From NCBI GenBank assembly GCA_032718475.1, contig JAUCBJ010000517.1, positions 1 to 64,000 on the forward strand: a stretch of DNA of 64,000 nt. Reading direction: 5' to 3'. The notes under the pieces are model-generated. The model did no database searches. It saw only the letters and a list, made by a program, of their open reading frames with translations, and was not told where the DNA came from. The DNA comes from Nemertoderma westbladi (Eukaryota > Animalia > Xenacoelomorpha). The translations under genes and the position numbers were made by a program. This document shows, piece after piece, positions 37,392-50,016 of this stretch; within the stretch, counting starts at the first letter, position 1; each line of letters begins with the position of its first letter.

Positions 37392-38231
37392 TTATGTGAG
37401 GTTCCACCACGAGGGGGTGAATTTCAGGGGTAAATGTTTATAATGAGTGTTCAGCCTGGATTTGAAGGTGTTTAGCGAGGGTGAGGTGACTATATTATCG
37501 GTCAGTGCATTCCATGGGTCAATGACCCGGAAGTGGAAGGTAGAGTTCCGTTGGAGTAATCTCGCACGTGGTTTCTGGAGTTTTAGGGAATGGCCGCGAG
37601 TACTGCTGGAGGAGAGAGTAAATAGATGGTCGACTGACTCCAGACCCGACAGATACCGATAGACCTGGACGAGGTCAGCGCGGTGGCGACGATACTCGAG
37701 GGTCGGGAGGCCCAGTTGCCGCAAACGAAGAGGGTACGGTGTGTCTCGCAGGTTGGCTACTAACCGAGTAGCTCGCCGTTGGACTGATTCAATCAGCCGT
37801 GTCTCTCCGATCCGATGTGGCGACCAGACAGTGGAGGCATACTCCAGTGTTGGTCGTACGAGGGCTTTGTAGAGATTGATGAAGATATCCCCATCCAGGT
37901 GCTTGAATGTCCGATATATTAATCCAAGAGTTCGGTTTGCTTTTTTCACGATCGTTGCAATATGGTGGCCGAATGAAAGGTCATTTTGAAATATAACACC
38001 AAGGTCTTTTTCTTTGGATGTCCGTTCTAGAATGTGATCACCAAGTTGATATGGAAGGCAAGGGTTGTCGTATCCTATATGCATAATTTTACATTTTGTA
38101 AAGTTGAAACTCAACTGCCACGTCAAACTCCAGTTGTAAAGAATATCTAAGTCCGATTGTAAGGGGCCAATCGCAGGGCATGGGTGTGCATTAAAAACTA
38201 CTGAGTCCTTAGTGTCGTCCGCAAATAAATA
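37392..38231 (-). mobile_element. 5'-truncated CR1-clade LINE (RT C-terminus)
   Basis: LFADDTK..LQSDLD..W..WQLSFNFTKCKIMHIG..EKDLGV..VRPTLEYASTVWSP..TRGHSLKL. Confidence 0.92.
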
Positions 38232-38359
38232 AATTAAAAATATATTATTAATATTATATTAATAGTACATTAATAATTGTAATATTATATTAAGAATCCA
38301 ACATGTAAGTACCGGTACAGTTAAGTTAAGTTTATAATATAAAAATAGTTCATACTTAC

Positions 38360-39615
38360 CAAGGCCTACTAGAGAAACAGGCCTGGAATCCGAGATCAAG
38401 CCAATTCTATTGAAGGCCTAATAATCCAATGTGTGTGTGTGTGTGACCGGAGCTCTACAGCCCGCATTTCTAAACCAATCTGATCGAGTAAGGTATCAAA
38501 CGAAGCGGAATTGTCATACGATGCTCACCACACAAAAACATTTTGGTATTCTAGAACATTATTTAGCTATTAATAGCTATTATTGTAAATTGCAATTTTT
38601 CATGTGTAAACCATAGGCTATTATATACTACTACTTCTACTTGGGACTACGTTAGGAGGACAAGCTGGCCGCCGCTAGCGCTATTCTAGAACATAGATAA
38701 ATAAAGGTAATAGGATTTATTAATTATATAAATATAATAATAATAAACTGGAATATAATTTTTTTGATGAAATGGATGAACCCACCGCAAAAATCGGTCG
38801 GTCTGCATGTTAGTAATTGATGTCCTGTTGTAATTTCACAAGAACTCTTAAGTAATATAATAATAATATGTACTGCTTAAGAATTACACTCAAGAGTTAA
38901 AAAAATATTAAATATAGTTATAGTATAGGTTTATAGCATTCACTTCATTGTCGGTCAACGTGATGTCAACACACGAGGAACACTTGTGCTTCCCAAGTTC
39001 ACTTGAACATTCAACCTCCAGTTGAGCGTGGAGGAGCTGGAGGCGTTGGGATGGAGAGCAGAGGAACATTTGGGAATACCGACGGCGGTTCCGCCGGCAC
39101 TGGGTATCTCCCGGAATGATGTTTCGTTGTCATCTCTTCGGGCCAGTGCTTCCGACAAACTCCCATGAAACTCGTAACCTTGCACGGATATACGATATTC
39201 GGAAGTTGCCGCAACCACGTTTGCAATTCCACAGGATCTTTCGGAAACGCGTAGACCGTAATCGGTGAGGAATTCTCCTCCCCGTCGTCCATACCGGTCA
39301 GTTTATCCTTCGCGTTCGCATAACCAGTTCTGCAACCGCCGACGGAATACTTCCTTCCCATCGAGTTAACGGTCGTACAGTCGTATCAGGTTGTCACTTT
39401 GGTAGTTTATTCGGGTAGACACTCGTGTATTCAGGTAAACACTCGAGCAGTCAGGTAGGAAGAGTAAACGATAACATTAATTCAGTGCAGTAGGTAGTTC
39501 AAGATTTGTAAACTATAGCAGTATAGGCTTACAGTATACCGGTATCGGAATTCTAGGCCTTCAATAATGAAGGCCTGTAGGCTGGCTGCCAGGCCTGTTT
39601 CTCTAGTAGGCCTTG
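38360..39615 (-). mobile_element. P-element-like deletion derivative retaining the THAP domain
   Basis: 27-bp perfect TIR CAAGGCCTACTAGAGAAACAGGCCTGG, perfect 8-bp TSD ATACTTAC. Confidence 0.9.
39011..39361 (-). CDS. THAP zinc-finger ORF (transposase N-terminus); first Cys replaced by Tyr
   Basis: MGRKYSVGGC..FPKDP..W..VCRKHW..PSVF. Confidence 0.75.
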   Translation of the reverse strand: MGRKYSVGGCRTGYANAKDKLTGMDDGEENSSPITVYAFPKDPVELQTWLRQLPNIVYPCKVTSFMGVCRKHWPEEMTTKHHSGRYPVPAEPPSVFPNVPLLSIPTPPAPPRSTGG

Positions 39616-40249
39616 ATACTTACATAGGCAGATAGGGGAGGTGCCCTTAAAATTACTAGAATGACACATTTTTCCAGATTGGTTTTAAACCGGGTACCTA
39701 GCAAGTAGCAACGCCATCAGCTGTTTTCAAAAAGCCATATTAATTGCCGGTAGCAGAGGCCTTTAAAAATACTAGAAGAACTACTGTATTTCAGGAGCCC
39801 TTAAAACAACTACACCCTATAAACACTATTTCATATCAGGATGCAGTTAACCCCCTACAGTACACAAACACCGGTCAGCCGGTAGATTACACATTTGTAT
39901 AACGCTCAGATTGAAATTCACTTTCTCTTTATTAATACATAACCTACCTACAGTCCTACAGCAACCGTTTACTCTTACTGTAGTTCAGTTTCATTGTACT
40001 AAATCGATGCCTAGTCGCCTGTACTTGTATACAGTTGTACTGTATATTGTATTGTGAATTGGAAATTAAAGTGACCTTCCTCTGCAACGCTGTAAGTTTA
40101 TGTAATATTCTTAAATCAAAAAATTAAATACTAGTGGTAAAATTGTTAACGCCCCCTAGCGGCCGATGCTGATATTCTGGGCAGTGCCGTATTCTGGGGA
40201 CCCGCCTCTACAGTATATCATTCTACTCTAGGTGCAAGTGATCACCTAC

Positions 40250-40786
40250 TGTAGTACTCCATGTCAGTTTCAAACTCATGTCTAAATCATTACCGACACG
40301 ATCAAAACCAATTTTTGAAAGGACAGATTTTTCATCAATCAATCTTGAATTACAGTACAAGAGAAACTAACTGCCGAGTCCCTACATCAACTTGATGTAC
40401 ATAGGTCATAGGTCAAAGATATATTCCAACTTCATGGATTCTTGCAAAATACACATTCCACATTCAAAAGTCGGCAAGCGATCTAAGAAACGGAAGTGGT
40501 TGTCTACAAATATATGTCAGTTGATCAATTCCAAACGGAAATTATGGGACTCTTAAAGGAAAGCACCATCAGCAATATCATTGACGAATACAAGTCAGTA
40601 CGTAATAGATGCCCCTTAAATGTCCGCAAGGCACAATATATTTACGAGAAAACAACAGCTGCAAATGCCGCACGAAATCAAAAAGAGTTCTGGAAATATA
40701 TCCACTCAAAGAGATCTATAAAGCCATCTGTACATAACCTCATTGATATGGATGGCAATCTGGTTACAAACAGAAAAGATAAAAGT
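40250..40786 (+). pseudogene. Degenerate CR1/L2-like LINE ORF2 fragment
   Basis: NQKEFWKYIHSKRSIKPSVHNLIDMDGNLVT..DK, the linker typically found between endonuclease and RT. Confidence 0.65.
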
Positions 40787-41939
40787 AGTAGGGGTTTGTT
40801 CCTTTCTGCGACAGTTAGACCTAACTGACACCCATTGGGTGTCATATGACACCCAATTATCACCCTATGGGTGTCATTGGCGCCAGACTGTCTGGGTGAC
40901 ACCTCCTAATTAGGCTAATTAGATCCTAATTGACAGGTGTCTTCAATTAATTAGTACAATTAAACCCTAATAGGTGTCCTATTAGGGTTTAATTGATTCC
41001 TCCCCTCCTTTTAAATCACAATCTCCCTTATTTTATTTACAGTTCCAGTGCGTTTTTAATCACGATTGGCGATCTAATTTATTTTATTCGTATTTTTTAA
41101 AAATACTTACATACAGTATATTATTTTTTTTACATAGAATTAATAATAATTAGTGCAGTTCTCAAGACTCGTAATTACCGGTATCACCATTTAAGTATCA
41201 ACATTTAATTATTACCCATAAACAGTTATAAACACTTATTGTACTGTAACTTCATCTAGTATATCATGTAAATTGTCTACTGTATATCAAAGTTTTTAGT
41301 TAAATTGTTAATTTACTTGTACAGGTACAACAAGCATTAGCTTTCTATACCTTACATTAAACTTAAACATAGAGTTCATATTTATTTAATGAACTACTTA
41401 CTGTACAGTACAGTATACTGTATATACAGTATTTACAATTACAGTATTTAAAAAACACGTTTCCGAGCTTTGCGGTTGGCAAATTCGTCTATAAAACTAG
41501 TTAGATCGATCGATACTAAAATCGTTTAATGTATTATGATTAACGTCGTTATACATTTAAGTATCGAAAATAAACGTTGAGCCAATTCAGAATTTTTTGT
41601 AAAGTCTGTGTTTGTCGCCGTGATAACTTTGGATTAGACGCTGTGAGGATTTTATTATTTCTGTACTATCAAATAAATATTAAACAAGTTTTAAAAATTC
41701 ACAGGGCCGCTGTCTGAGCAGGGCCGCGGGGTTCACAAGAATACACCATCCTACTGTACAGTATATATTTGGGGGCTCCAAACCTGTGAAAAACAATTTT
41801 ACATTGGAAAGTCTAACCTTTTATAAGGAAGAAATACCCCAGTAACCTCATTAAACAAGCAGTACTTAAAACTTGATAATTATGACTCCTTATTCGAGTT
41901 TTTTTGTAATTTTTTTTCCAATTTAATTTTTGTCTTAAT

Positions 41940-43500
41940 AATTACATCATTGTGTGCAAAGTAGCACTTTGCAACGTTATGACCCGAGTTTATTTATGTA
42001 CCGAGCGAGCGCAGCGAGGGAGTTTTTCATAAATAAACAAGGGTCTTTAACGCTGAAAAGTGACATTTCCAAGCAATTATGTATGTAATTTTGTTACATT
42101 ATTTCAACTTATCAGCGTTCGGTATTGTGAAGAAAGGATGTTATGGATACTCATTTAAACATTTTAATCATGTACTATTTCAAATATACGTGAAATTTCT
42201 TAACTAACGGGTACACAGTATTAATTAAACATTTATATCAAATTAAAGTTTATTGTTGTTATCTCATGGTTATCTCTTGGGTGTGATACAGTAAATCATG
42301 AGATCCATCGTCGACTGAGTCACCGTCTGTGTCCGTTCAGTTTTGCTGAACACTGTCGCCATATTTTCTTTGCTCATTTTCTCTAAAAAGTCTTCTATAG
42401 GACGTATGGACTACAGTTTTACACGTTAAACAATTATTTACATACAGTAGCTAGTCCGTTACTTCAAACTGGATGGACGCATTATGCAAACACGTGCTGC
42501 TTTATTGAATAAAGCAGCATTAATACAATTGGAAACAATACATTCTGGAATACGGTAATTGAAGTTGATTCCATGTCATTGATTACTTTGCAGCGTTACG
42601 AGTAATTCACCAGAACCCTGTTAACACGTTAGCTGCGGCTCTGAAACCACTGGTTCTTTGTTACTGCGGATTGTGCACCGGTGAACATTCCTGTGCAGTT
42701 CCTCAACTACGGATTGTGCACCGGTGCTCAAATTTACTATCATTGTATTTATAAAACAATGGAGATCCACCATGGAAGAAACCGCATCTCAATACCTCCT
42801 TCCAGGCCAGAGATAGCGGTTTGAATGTCATCAAAATGTTATACATTTTTTTATGATTTTACTCTTACAGGATTAACAATTTTCAAAACCAATAATTATC
42901 CCATCATATTTGTAAATGACTTTTGGCCACTTCCAAAATTTCAGGGGGTAGCCCCATAGCATCCACTCCCCTGGGTCCGTGCCTGTGTATGGGCGTAGTA
43001 GATAATGACTGGAGTTTAACGACCTCCCATCAATCATTTGGGTTTTAAAAACATTTAGAAAGTAAAACAATATAAACTAACATTGTTATTGTTACAGCAC
43101 ATTTGGTCATTATGCAATATATATTAACACATGAAAAGTAAACAGTAAACAGTTATTGCTTAACTAACAATCAACTAAATCAAATTGGCCTAATAGCTGT
43201 TGCTAAAGCATTTTAAAAATCCCTCCATATTTATATATGTGGAAATATTGAGCACCGGCGCTCAAGACAACAGCTAATGTATTTGAGCACCGGTGCTCAA
43301 CTTATAGCCTCCGCACTAAGGGCTAACCAAGCCAAAATAGCTCCGCACTACAGGGTTGCACAAGTCGTGTTCACCGGTGCACAATACGCAGTGAGAAGTT
43401 GACAGGGAGTAAAACCTGCAGCAGTAAAGTTAAAACACGAATTGTGCACCGGTGCTGAATCCGCAGCTAACGTGTTAAGTTGACATAATGTAACAAAATA
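41940..43500. mobile_element. Non-autonomous element with asymmetric inverted repeat; related end at ~51030-51160
   Basis: attttgttacattatttcaactta (~42087) inverted at ~43476-43499; tatgtaccgagcgagcgcagcgagggag shared with ~51049. Confidence 0.5.
42625..43474. mobile_element. piggyBac-like MITE
   Basis: TTAA on both flanks, 14-bp TIR CACGTTAGCTGCGG, internal gcaccggtg motifs. Confidence 0.85.
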
Positions 43501-43827
43501 TATTGTTTACAATATAATACAAACAAGTGAAGATGTTATAATATGGTTTAATTGGAAATTTCCACTACTTTCAGCCACCCATTTAACCCAACACGACACA
43601 CTAGACCCATTTGCCCATCCCCTTTCTTTCTTAAAATTGTAAAGTTTGGGTATGTTCTCGAGAATTTCGTTGCAATATTGTAAAATTATATTTTAAAACA
43701 TTATATATTTTACATTAATTAGCAAGGTATATTTGTATTTTTAGTCTGGTGCGTTCTTTCAGCTCTCCGTGGTTAATTTCTTAACCAAAAAATTATTACA
43801 ATTACACTCCAATCTAAATTGGGCCAC

Positions 43828-45063
43828 TTATCTCTTCAAAAATTTCTCTAAATCAGCTCCGGTTCTCTGTATCGAGTTAATCCTCCGCTTCAACCGGTTC
43901 TCCATCGAGGTATCGCTGGTCAACTGGAACCCGTTCCGCACGGCCGCCTCCTCCCGGTTGTACAGCGTCCGATGTTCCGTCGCCTCCATCTCCTCACAAC
44001 CCCTACTCCTCGCGTGCAGCTCCTGTCGCTTAGCGTTGTGTCGCTTCGCGTCCATCTGCATCTCGGCGCGTTTCCGCTCCAAATCCTCGGCCGTAAGACG
44101 AGACCCACACCCGTGTCTGTCGCGTGGTCGCTTCTCTGTGACGTCATTATGTAGTCTGTCGTGTGGTCGCTTCTCTGTGACGTCATTATGTAGTCTATCG
44201 CGTGGTCGCTTCTCTGTGACGTCATTATGTTGTCTGTCGTGTGGTCGCTTCTCTGTGACGTCATTATGTAGTCTGTCGTGTGGTCGCTTCTCTGTGACGT
44301 CATTATGTAGTCTATCGCGTGGGCGCTTCTCTGTGACGTCATTGTGTAGTCTATTGCGTTTATCGGTGGCTCTGGCGTCACTGTGACGCCGTCGTCTATC
44401 GCTATCATAATCACGTGACCGTGTATCAATAACGTCTTCATGCATGTCAAGTGTGTCACGTGATCTCTTATCCGCCGTGACGTCACCGGTTAGTCTACCA
44501 CGCTCGCCGCGGCTTCTAGAATCCTCGCGTTTTCGTTTACCGTCGCTCAAAGACAAAACATTCCGGCTAGATGATCCCGATTTAGTTTCTCTTCCCAAAT
44601 CGTGGGAAAGAAGTTTATGTAATTGTAACAAGCGACTGTCGTCCGAATGTCGGTCTTTCCTTTCATGTCGGGATTTGTGTTTGTGGCGCCGATGGGTATC
44701 TCGATCTTCCTTTAGAGATTTGACTCTCCTTTCTTCACGTAGTCGCTTTAACGTAATCGGATTCGAAGTAATTAATCTCTTCGCCATCTCCTCGCGTTTC
44801 TTTATCGCGAACAACGGGTCTTCGTTCAGTTTATGGGCGATATCAACGGCGTTGTTGACTAAATCACGGGGATCGAGCTTAGAGAACGATATGGAATCCC
44901 TCGATGAGGCCGGTGTAGGGACGTCCAGTCTGTAGGATCGCCGACCCATCGCTGCGTCGACTATCGTATCGTCGACTTTCTTTCCCAGAAGGTAATCCTC
45001 CGGATCCAACTTGGCTCCCTCGTACATCCAGCCTATACCGCCACTACCAACCGAATCCGCCAT
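43828..45063 (-). CDS. CWC25: Pre-mRNA splicing factor CWC25-like, intronless in this span
   Basis: GWMYEG..EDYLLGK..KLNEDPLFAIKKRE, Arg/Asp/His-rich middle, C-terminal L..KRAEM..A and RRINSIQR; likely ATG at 45063. Confidence 0.85.
   Translation of the reverse strand: MADSVGSGGIGWMYEGAKLDPEDYLLGKKVDDTIVDAAMGRRSYRLDVPTPASSRDSISFSKLDPRDLVNNAVDIAHKLNEDPLFAIKKREEMAKRLITSNPITLKRLREERRVKSLKEDRDTHRRHKHKSRHERKDRHSDDSRLLQLHKLLSHDLGRETKSGSSSRNVLSLSDGKRKREDSRSRGERGRLTGDVTADKRSRDTLDMHEDVIDTRSRDYDSDRRRRHSDARATDKRNRLHNDVTEKRPRDRLHNDVTEKRPHDRLHNDVTEKRPHDRQHNDVTEKRPRDRLHNDVTEKRPHDRLHNDVTEKRPRDRHGCGSRLTAEDLERKRAEMQMDAKRHNAKRQELHARSRGCEEMEATEHRTLYNREEAAVRNGFQLTSDTSMENRLKRRINSIQRTGADLEKFLKR
44116..44352 (-). 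repeat. Coding 39-bp tandem repeat (13 aa x ~6) in CWC25
   Basis: (R/H)DRLHNDVTEKRP repeats. Confidence 0.95.
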
Positions 45064-47299
45064 TTTTAAATAGGCCTTGAACTGTTGAACGAACAGTTTG
45101 TTGAACCAGTGAACTGTTGAATAAAATGTTACTGTACTACTGCAGTACTGCATGTACTGTACTAGGTGCTAGGTACTGAGGTATTACCTGTACCTGGATA
45201 CTGGATTATTGCAACTGGTACAACACGTTCGTGAGGCCTTCGCGCAGCACGAGGCCCAGTTATGAGATACAAATTAAAATTGAGCAACTGTATCACAAAA
45301 TGAGTATTTGAGAAATTCACCCACACCACCAATCTATCAAAGAAAGGGGGACAGTAGGTGTTCAGTCCTTTTAATCTGCACCCCCCCCCCCCCCTTCCCA
45401 CCCACCAATAGATAACCGCGACATCTAATAAAAATACCCATGGTGTATCAAGTACGGCTAACTTCTCGGATAGGACAAAGTTTTGACTCGCCCAATATCT
45501 GGAATGATGAAGCCCTTTCTCTTACCGGGGGTGGCGCTGGGTGAGATGGTCGATACTGAATATCTTCCCTGATTGTGTTCAGATTAAAATTAATACCTTC
45601 AGTTCCACATCTTCAAGAATATCTATTTCAGATGCAGGTGAAAAGAAATCAGTTACTTTCCTCTTTTTCGCTTGATTTGATGGATCCATAACACAGTAAC
45701 AGCCGTGCCGTACCACAGCATGCAATGCAGATATGTGCAATACAATTTTAGACTACTATTGTAATTTTAAAAAATGTTTGAATAACTATTTGAACGCAAA
45801 CTGTAGTTTATAATTTACACACACAATAGGGAATACTACAGTACTATTGTAGTAATGATGCAGCATCCTTGCATATTATTATATTGGCCAAATTTATATT
45901 TAGAGCTGTATAGCACCATTTGATGTTAAGTTCCTTGACCTGTTGTTGACCAATCATCTTCGAGCTATCTTCTGATTACTCATGGCATTAAACCTGTCTG
46001 GCTGCAGTACACATTACTATCTGCATAGTTCCTTGTGACCAGGCCAGTCCAGTGCCAGGAGGCCACAGCCTCCTGTGTGTGGGTTAGTTGGCTGTCTAAT
46101 TTCTTGGGAAGACTTTATAGTATTTCTGGGAATTCCATTCCACAGCAGATAATTGGTTTTACATGCTGGGACGGCCTAAGCTAAGAGCCATTACACATGC
46201 TATTCTATACCTTTACTTTGTTAGTGGTATGTCGCTGTCAGAATACAAGGCACCCCAAGCTAATATACAGCAAATAGCACAGAGCCTACTGACTCCTTTA
46301 CTCCATATGACATACTGTACTGTTAAAATTAGTTGTACCTCGAATCAATTACTTCTCCTTACAAGAGAGCAATGTATTTCCCATTTGTGGCCAGCCAGAA
46401 GGCCACAATTGATATAATACTACCAAGGGATATTTTCATATTACCCCCCCCCCCCCCCCCCCATCCCCCAAGGATCTTGGCCCTAGCTCTTAGCCAGCCA
46501 GGTTGCAATGCGAAGCTTTCAGTTTAGAAAAATGTCTTTGTTTCAGAAAATTTGAAATGTGGATCTTGAATATTTTATTATTTATTTTTCCACTTCAAAT
46601 GGAAGGGGTTTTTCAGTATGCTTTCTCATTTTCCTAAGGGGTGGCTAATGCCACATGGCCACCACCCTCGGTACGCTAGTGCTTACAGTCATAGTTCAAC
46701 AATTGCCGGGGGGGCATGTGCCACCCCCCCCCCCCCCTGGATCCGCCCCTGTAAAGACACATTTATTAAAGCAAATCACTTGAACTAATTAAAAACTATA
46801 ATAGAATGGGGTATGTGGATTACATCTGTATAATTTTTAAGTATAATTATTTAAATCTTATACTGTAAAATAATTAATTTCCTTTAAAAGGCAGGTTGAA
46901 AAAGCTGTTTTTACCGTAATAAATTTAATTAACTAATTAACTGCTATTATCTGAGCTTCTCGAAGGCCACACGGAAATTCATCTTCTTCAAAATTTCTAA
47001 ACTTTTGCCAAACAACATGTGTACCAAGTTTGGTTAGATTTCATCGAAGATTGGACGAGTTATTAACGTTCAAAATTGAACACTGCAAAAAAAAGCGACA
47101 GAACGACAGATCAACAGAACGACAGCTTGATTAATGGCACCCCTACGCTAAGACTCACTCACTTCGTGGCTCGCCCCACAGAACGACAGGTTGATTAATG
47201 GTACCCCTACGCTAAGGCTCACTCACTTCGTGGCTCGCCCCACAGTGTTGTAGTAGTACTGTACTGTGTAGTAGTGCAGTAGTGAGTAGCAGTAGAAAG

Positions 47300-47575
47300 T
47301 AGAAACCGCCTCTGCTTCCCAGAAGGACATTGTTTTCAAATTGAGGACCAGCCAGCAGCCTGTGTACAATCTTGTGCTTTCAGCTTTGGCAGAGGCAGCC
47401 TATCCGATAAGCAAGGTGGACTGGACAGGACAGCCCATAACTTCCATCATAAGAAAGACGCCTCTTAGAGGACACAACACACAGGCTTTGAAGATGCGGA
47501 TAATCTCGCGAAAGTCACAGGATAGTTGAGTTGTGGAGGTGCAATTTTGCTGACAAAGTCGGCATAGCATTCTTA
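47300..47575 (+). pseudogene. Degenerate 3' end of the same RTE family
   Basis: ggacattg..gaggaccagcc..ggacagccc..gatgcggat..gagttgtgg.ggtgcaatttt..gcattcttaa matches 6741-6953. Confidence 0.75.
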
Positions 47576-47589
47576 ATGCATGCTACATT

Positions 47590-50016
47590 CATAGCCTCTT
47601 TTAAGAATTTTTTACTGGGCGGCACAGTCACTCGCCATGGCAAATTGTATGAGTGGGGGGGGGGGGGGGGGGGGGGGTGAATTTGATACACATTTTTAAT
47701 GTGTGTGAACGAAAAACTATTAAGCATACTGTAATATATTGTTTATTGACAATAATGGATATAATTTCTATAAGAAGCAACAACTAATTTTACAAAACTT
47801 AATTAAATCATTATTTTACATAAATATTAAATTATAATAGAAAATGTGGCACCTATACCGGAAATTCAGAGGTGGTTAAAACAGGTTTGATAACAAAATT
47901 AATAATTATACAATTATTTCCGAATATTTTTAACAATAAGGCCAGCTAGAAAGAAAATAATAACATTAGATTACATTACACTAAAAATTAAATGAAACCA
48001 ATAATAATTCAATTTATTGCATCATAAAATATAGCCATTTATATTTCAATATAATAGATGTAACATTAAATATACATTAATTCAATTACATGTACATACT
48101 GTATTACATTTACAATTTATATTTAATAGGTGAGAAAATGCCATACACAGCCCAATCAAAAATTAATTAATTATCTATAAGGTAAGAAATAAAATTTAAT
48201 AATTATATACTATTTGAAAAAACTGCTTTCTCTCTAAAAGTTTTACAAATTTATTAGTGAAATAAAGTAACTTGTTTTCATTAAATTGCAAAATTATTGA
48301 AAATAAGTGTCTGATACCATTTGAAGGAAAGGAGCAGATTACAGAGGCTGCCGGCTTTTCTAACCAAAACAATAAACGATATTTCGATAACGGAACAAGC
48401 TATGAACAAACAGACTTCAGATTTGGAATTCTGATGAAATGTTGCTCTAGATGAAATGAAAAAAAAATCGGTATTAAGGATCGGGAGATTAAAATCGGTG
48501 GTAAGGTTATTAATGTGTAGAAAATAGGAGGTACCTGTAGTATGCACCAAATTTATTTGAGCCGGAAATTGTAATATTATAAAGCCAGATAGGGGGGGGG
48601 GGGGGGGGGGGGGAACTGGATGCAATAAAAATTCATCCCTCTCCAGGGGAAATTCGACGCAAATAACAGCTGATTACTCTCAAAAATAAAACTGTAAACT
48701 GTTTTGTTTAGTTTATTGTTTTGGTTAAAATAACATGCCACTGTAACCTGCTCCTTTCCCTAAATTGATAATTTAACTGAGGCGGGATATTAATTCGCCA
48801 AGATGGGATTTGCGTCCACTTCCCCTGTCTATATAAAGCTGTAAAAGTGCTAGATTATAAGACTTGAATTTAATCTTATAATAATTATTTCTTTAATAAA
48901 TAATTAAATTATTGTCGGCCAAAATATACTCGCCCATGTGAAGAATTCCAGGATTTCACTTTTCGGTCGACTTTTTATTGGAATTTTATATATGAAGATT
49001 TTGTATTTTTTTTAATTTATCTTTATTAAGTGTTTTATAGCGCTAATTTCTGTCTTATAAGCTGTACATATACTAATTCGTTTATTGTTTTGGTTAGATT
49101 CAACCCGTCTGTAACCTGTGTTTTTTTGTGAAAACCTGATATTCTTCACATGGGGGTAACTGCAAAGTGAAATATAACGGCAGAAAGTCTGGTATTCTTC
49201 ACATGGGCCTAAATATACTTATTAAAAATAATATAATTAAATTTATAAGAAAAATAATATCAGTATCATAAATAAATAAATAAATATACAGTATCATAAA
49301 AATCATTATTAAAACTTAATAAATTATTATTAATAAAATAATAATAGTATTATTATAATTATATCAAATTATTAATAAATGTACATAGACGAACCCTAAT
49401 TAAGTAGTTAAACACTTAATTTTCAAAACCAATTTATTACATAATAAAGCAATGATGCAATGTAAGCCCTGCCGTCTCGGGGTAGTTTATAATGACTAAT
49501 AAACTTCTAAATCTCTCCTGAATACTAATAGTAACATATACTGAAAACTGACTACTCTTAACAGGGGTAGGGGGTTAAAGGTGCCAGACAGGTAAGTATG
49601 GTGATAGCAAGCAGCCTTGGAAGTTGGAACTATCCAATATCCATCTGAGGCACCAATTAACTGCAGTAAGCCTATCAGGAATCTATAGACATCTACACAA
49701 TGATTGGACCAAAGGCGCGACCTTTACTAACATTAGTAAAGGTCGCATTGGGTTGGACACTGACTCATCCCTCCACTACTACTACTACTACTGTACTATG
49801 GCTATCACCCATTGAAGTCTCTGTGCTGTCAATCACTTATTCCTTTAGAAGTTTATGTAGGTACTTTACTGGGATTGATACATATTAGATTGGTCGCTGG
49901 CTGAGGCTAGTCCAGATATAATATATTAGGAAGGCACTCTGGCTGTGACTGGGCGGCAAATTGATTCAACTGGGCGGCACTTGTGCCGCCTAGTGGCAAA
50001 GTTAAACGAGGCTATG
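47590..50016. mobile_element. Non-autonomous hAT/P-like element containing nested MITEs
   Basis: TIR CATAGCCTC(t/g)TTTAA, perfect 8-bp TSD GCTACATT (47582-47589 and 50017-50024), subterminal ctgggcggca motifs. Confidence 0.85.
48932..49208. mobile_element. ~280-bp MITE, copy 2
   Basis: TIR GCCCATGTGAAGAAT(t/a)CCAG / CTGGTATTCTTCACATGGGC. Confidence 0.85.

Noticed and set aside
43769-44935. Overlapping ORFs 43769-44386, 43920-44486 and 44444-44935
   Set aside because: Alternative-frame or antisense shadows of CWC25 and its 39-bp repeat.
45400-46752. Possible hAT remnant (MDPSNQAKKRKVTDFF on the minus strand; ggatccgcccctg end)
   Set aside because: Only one terminus and a short motif; no TSD or catalytic domain seen.
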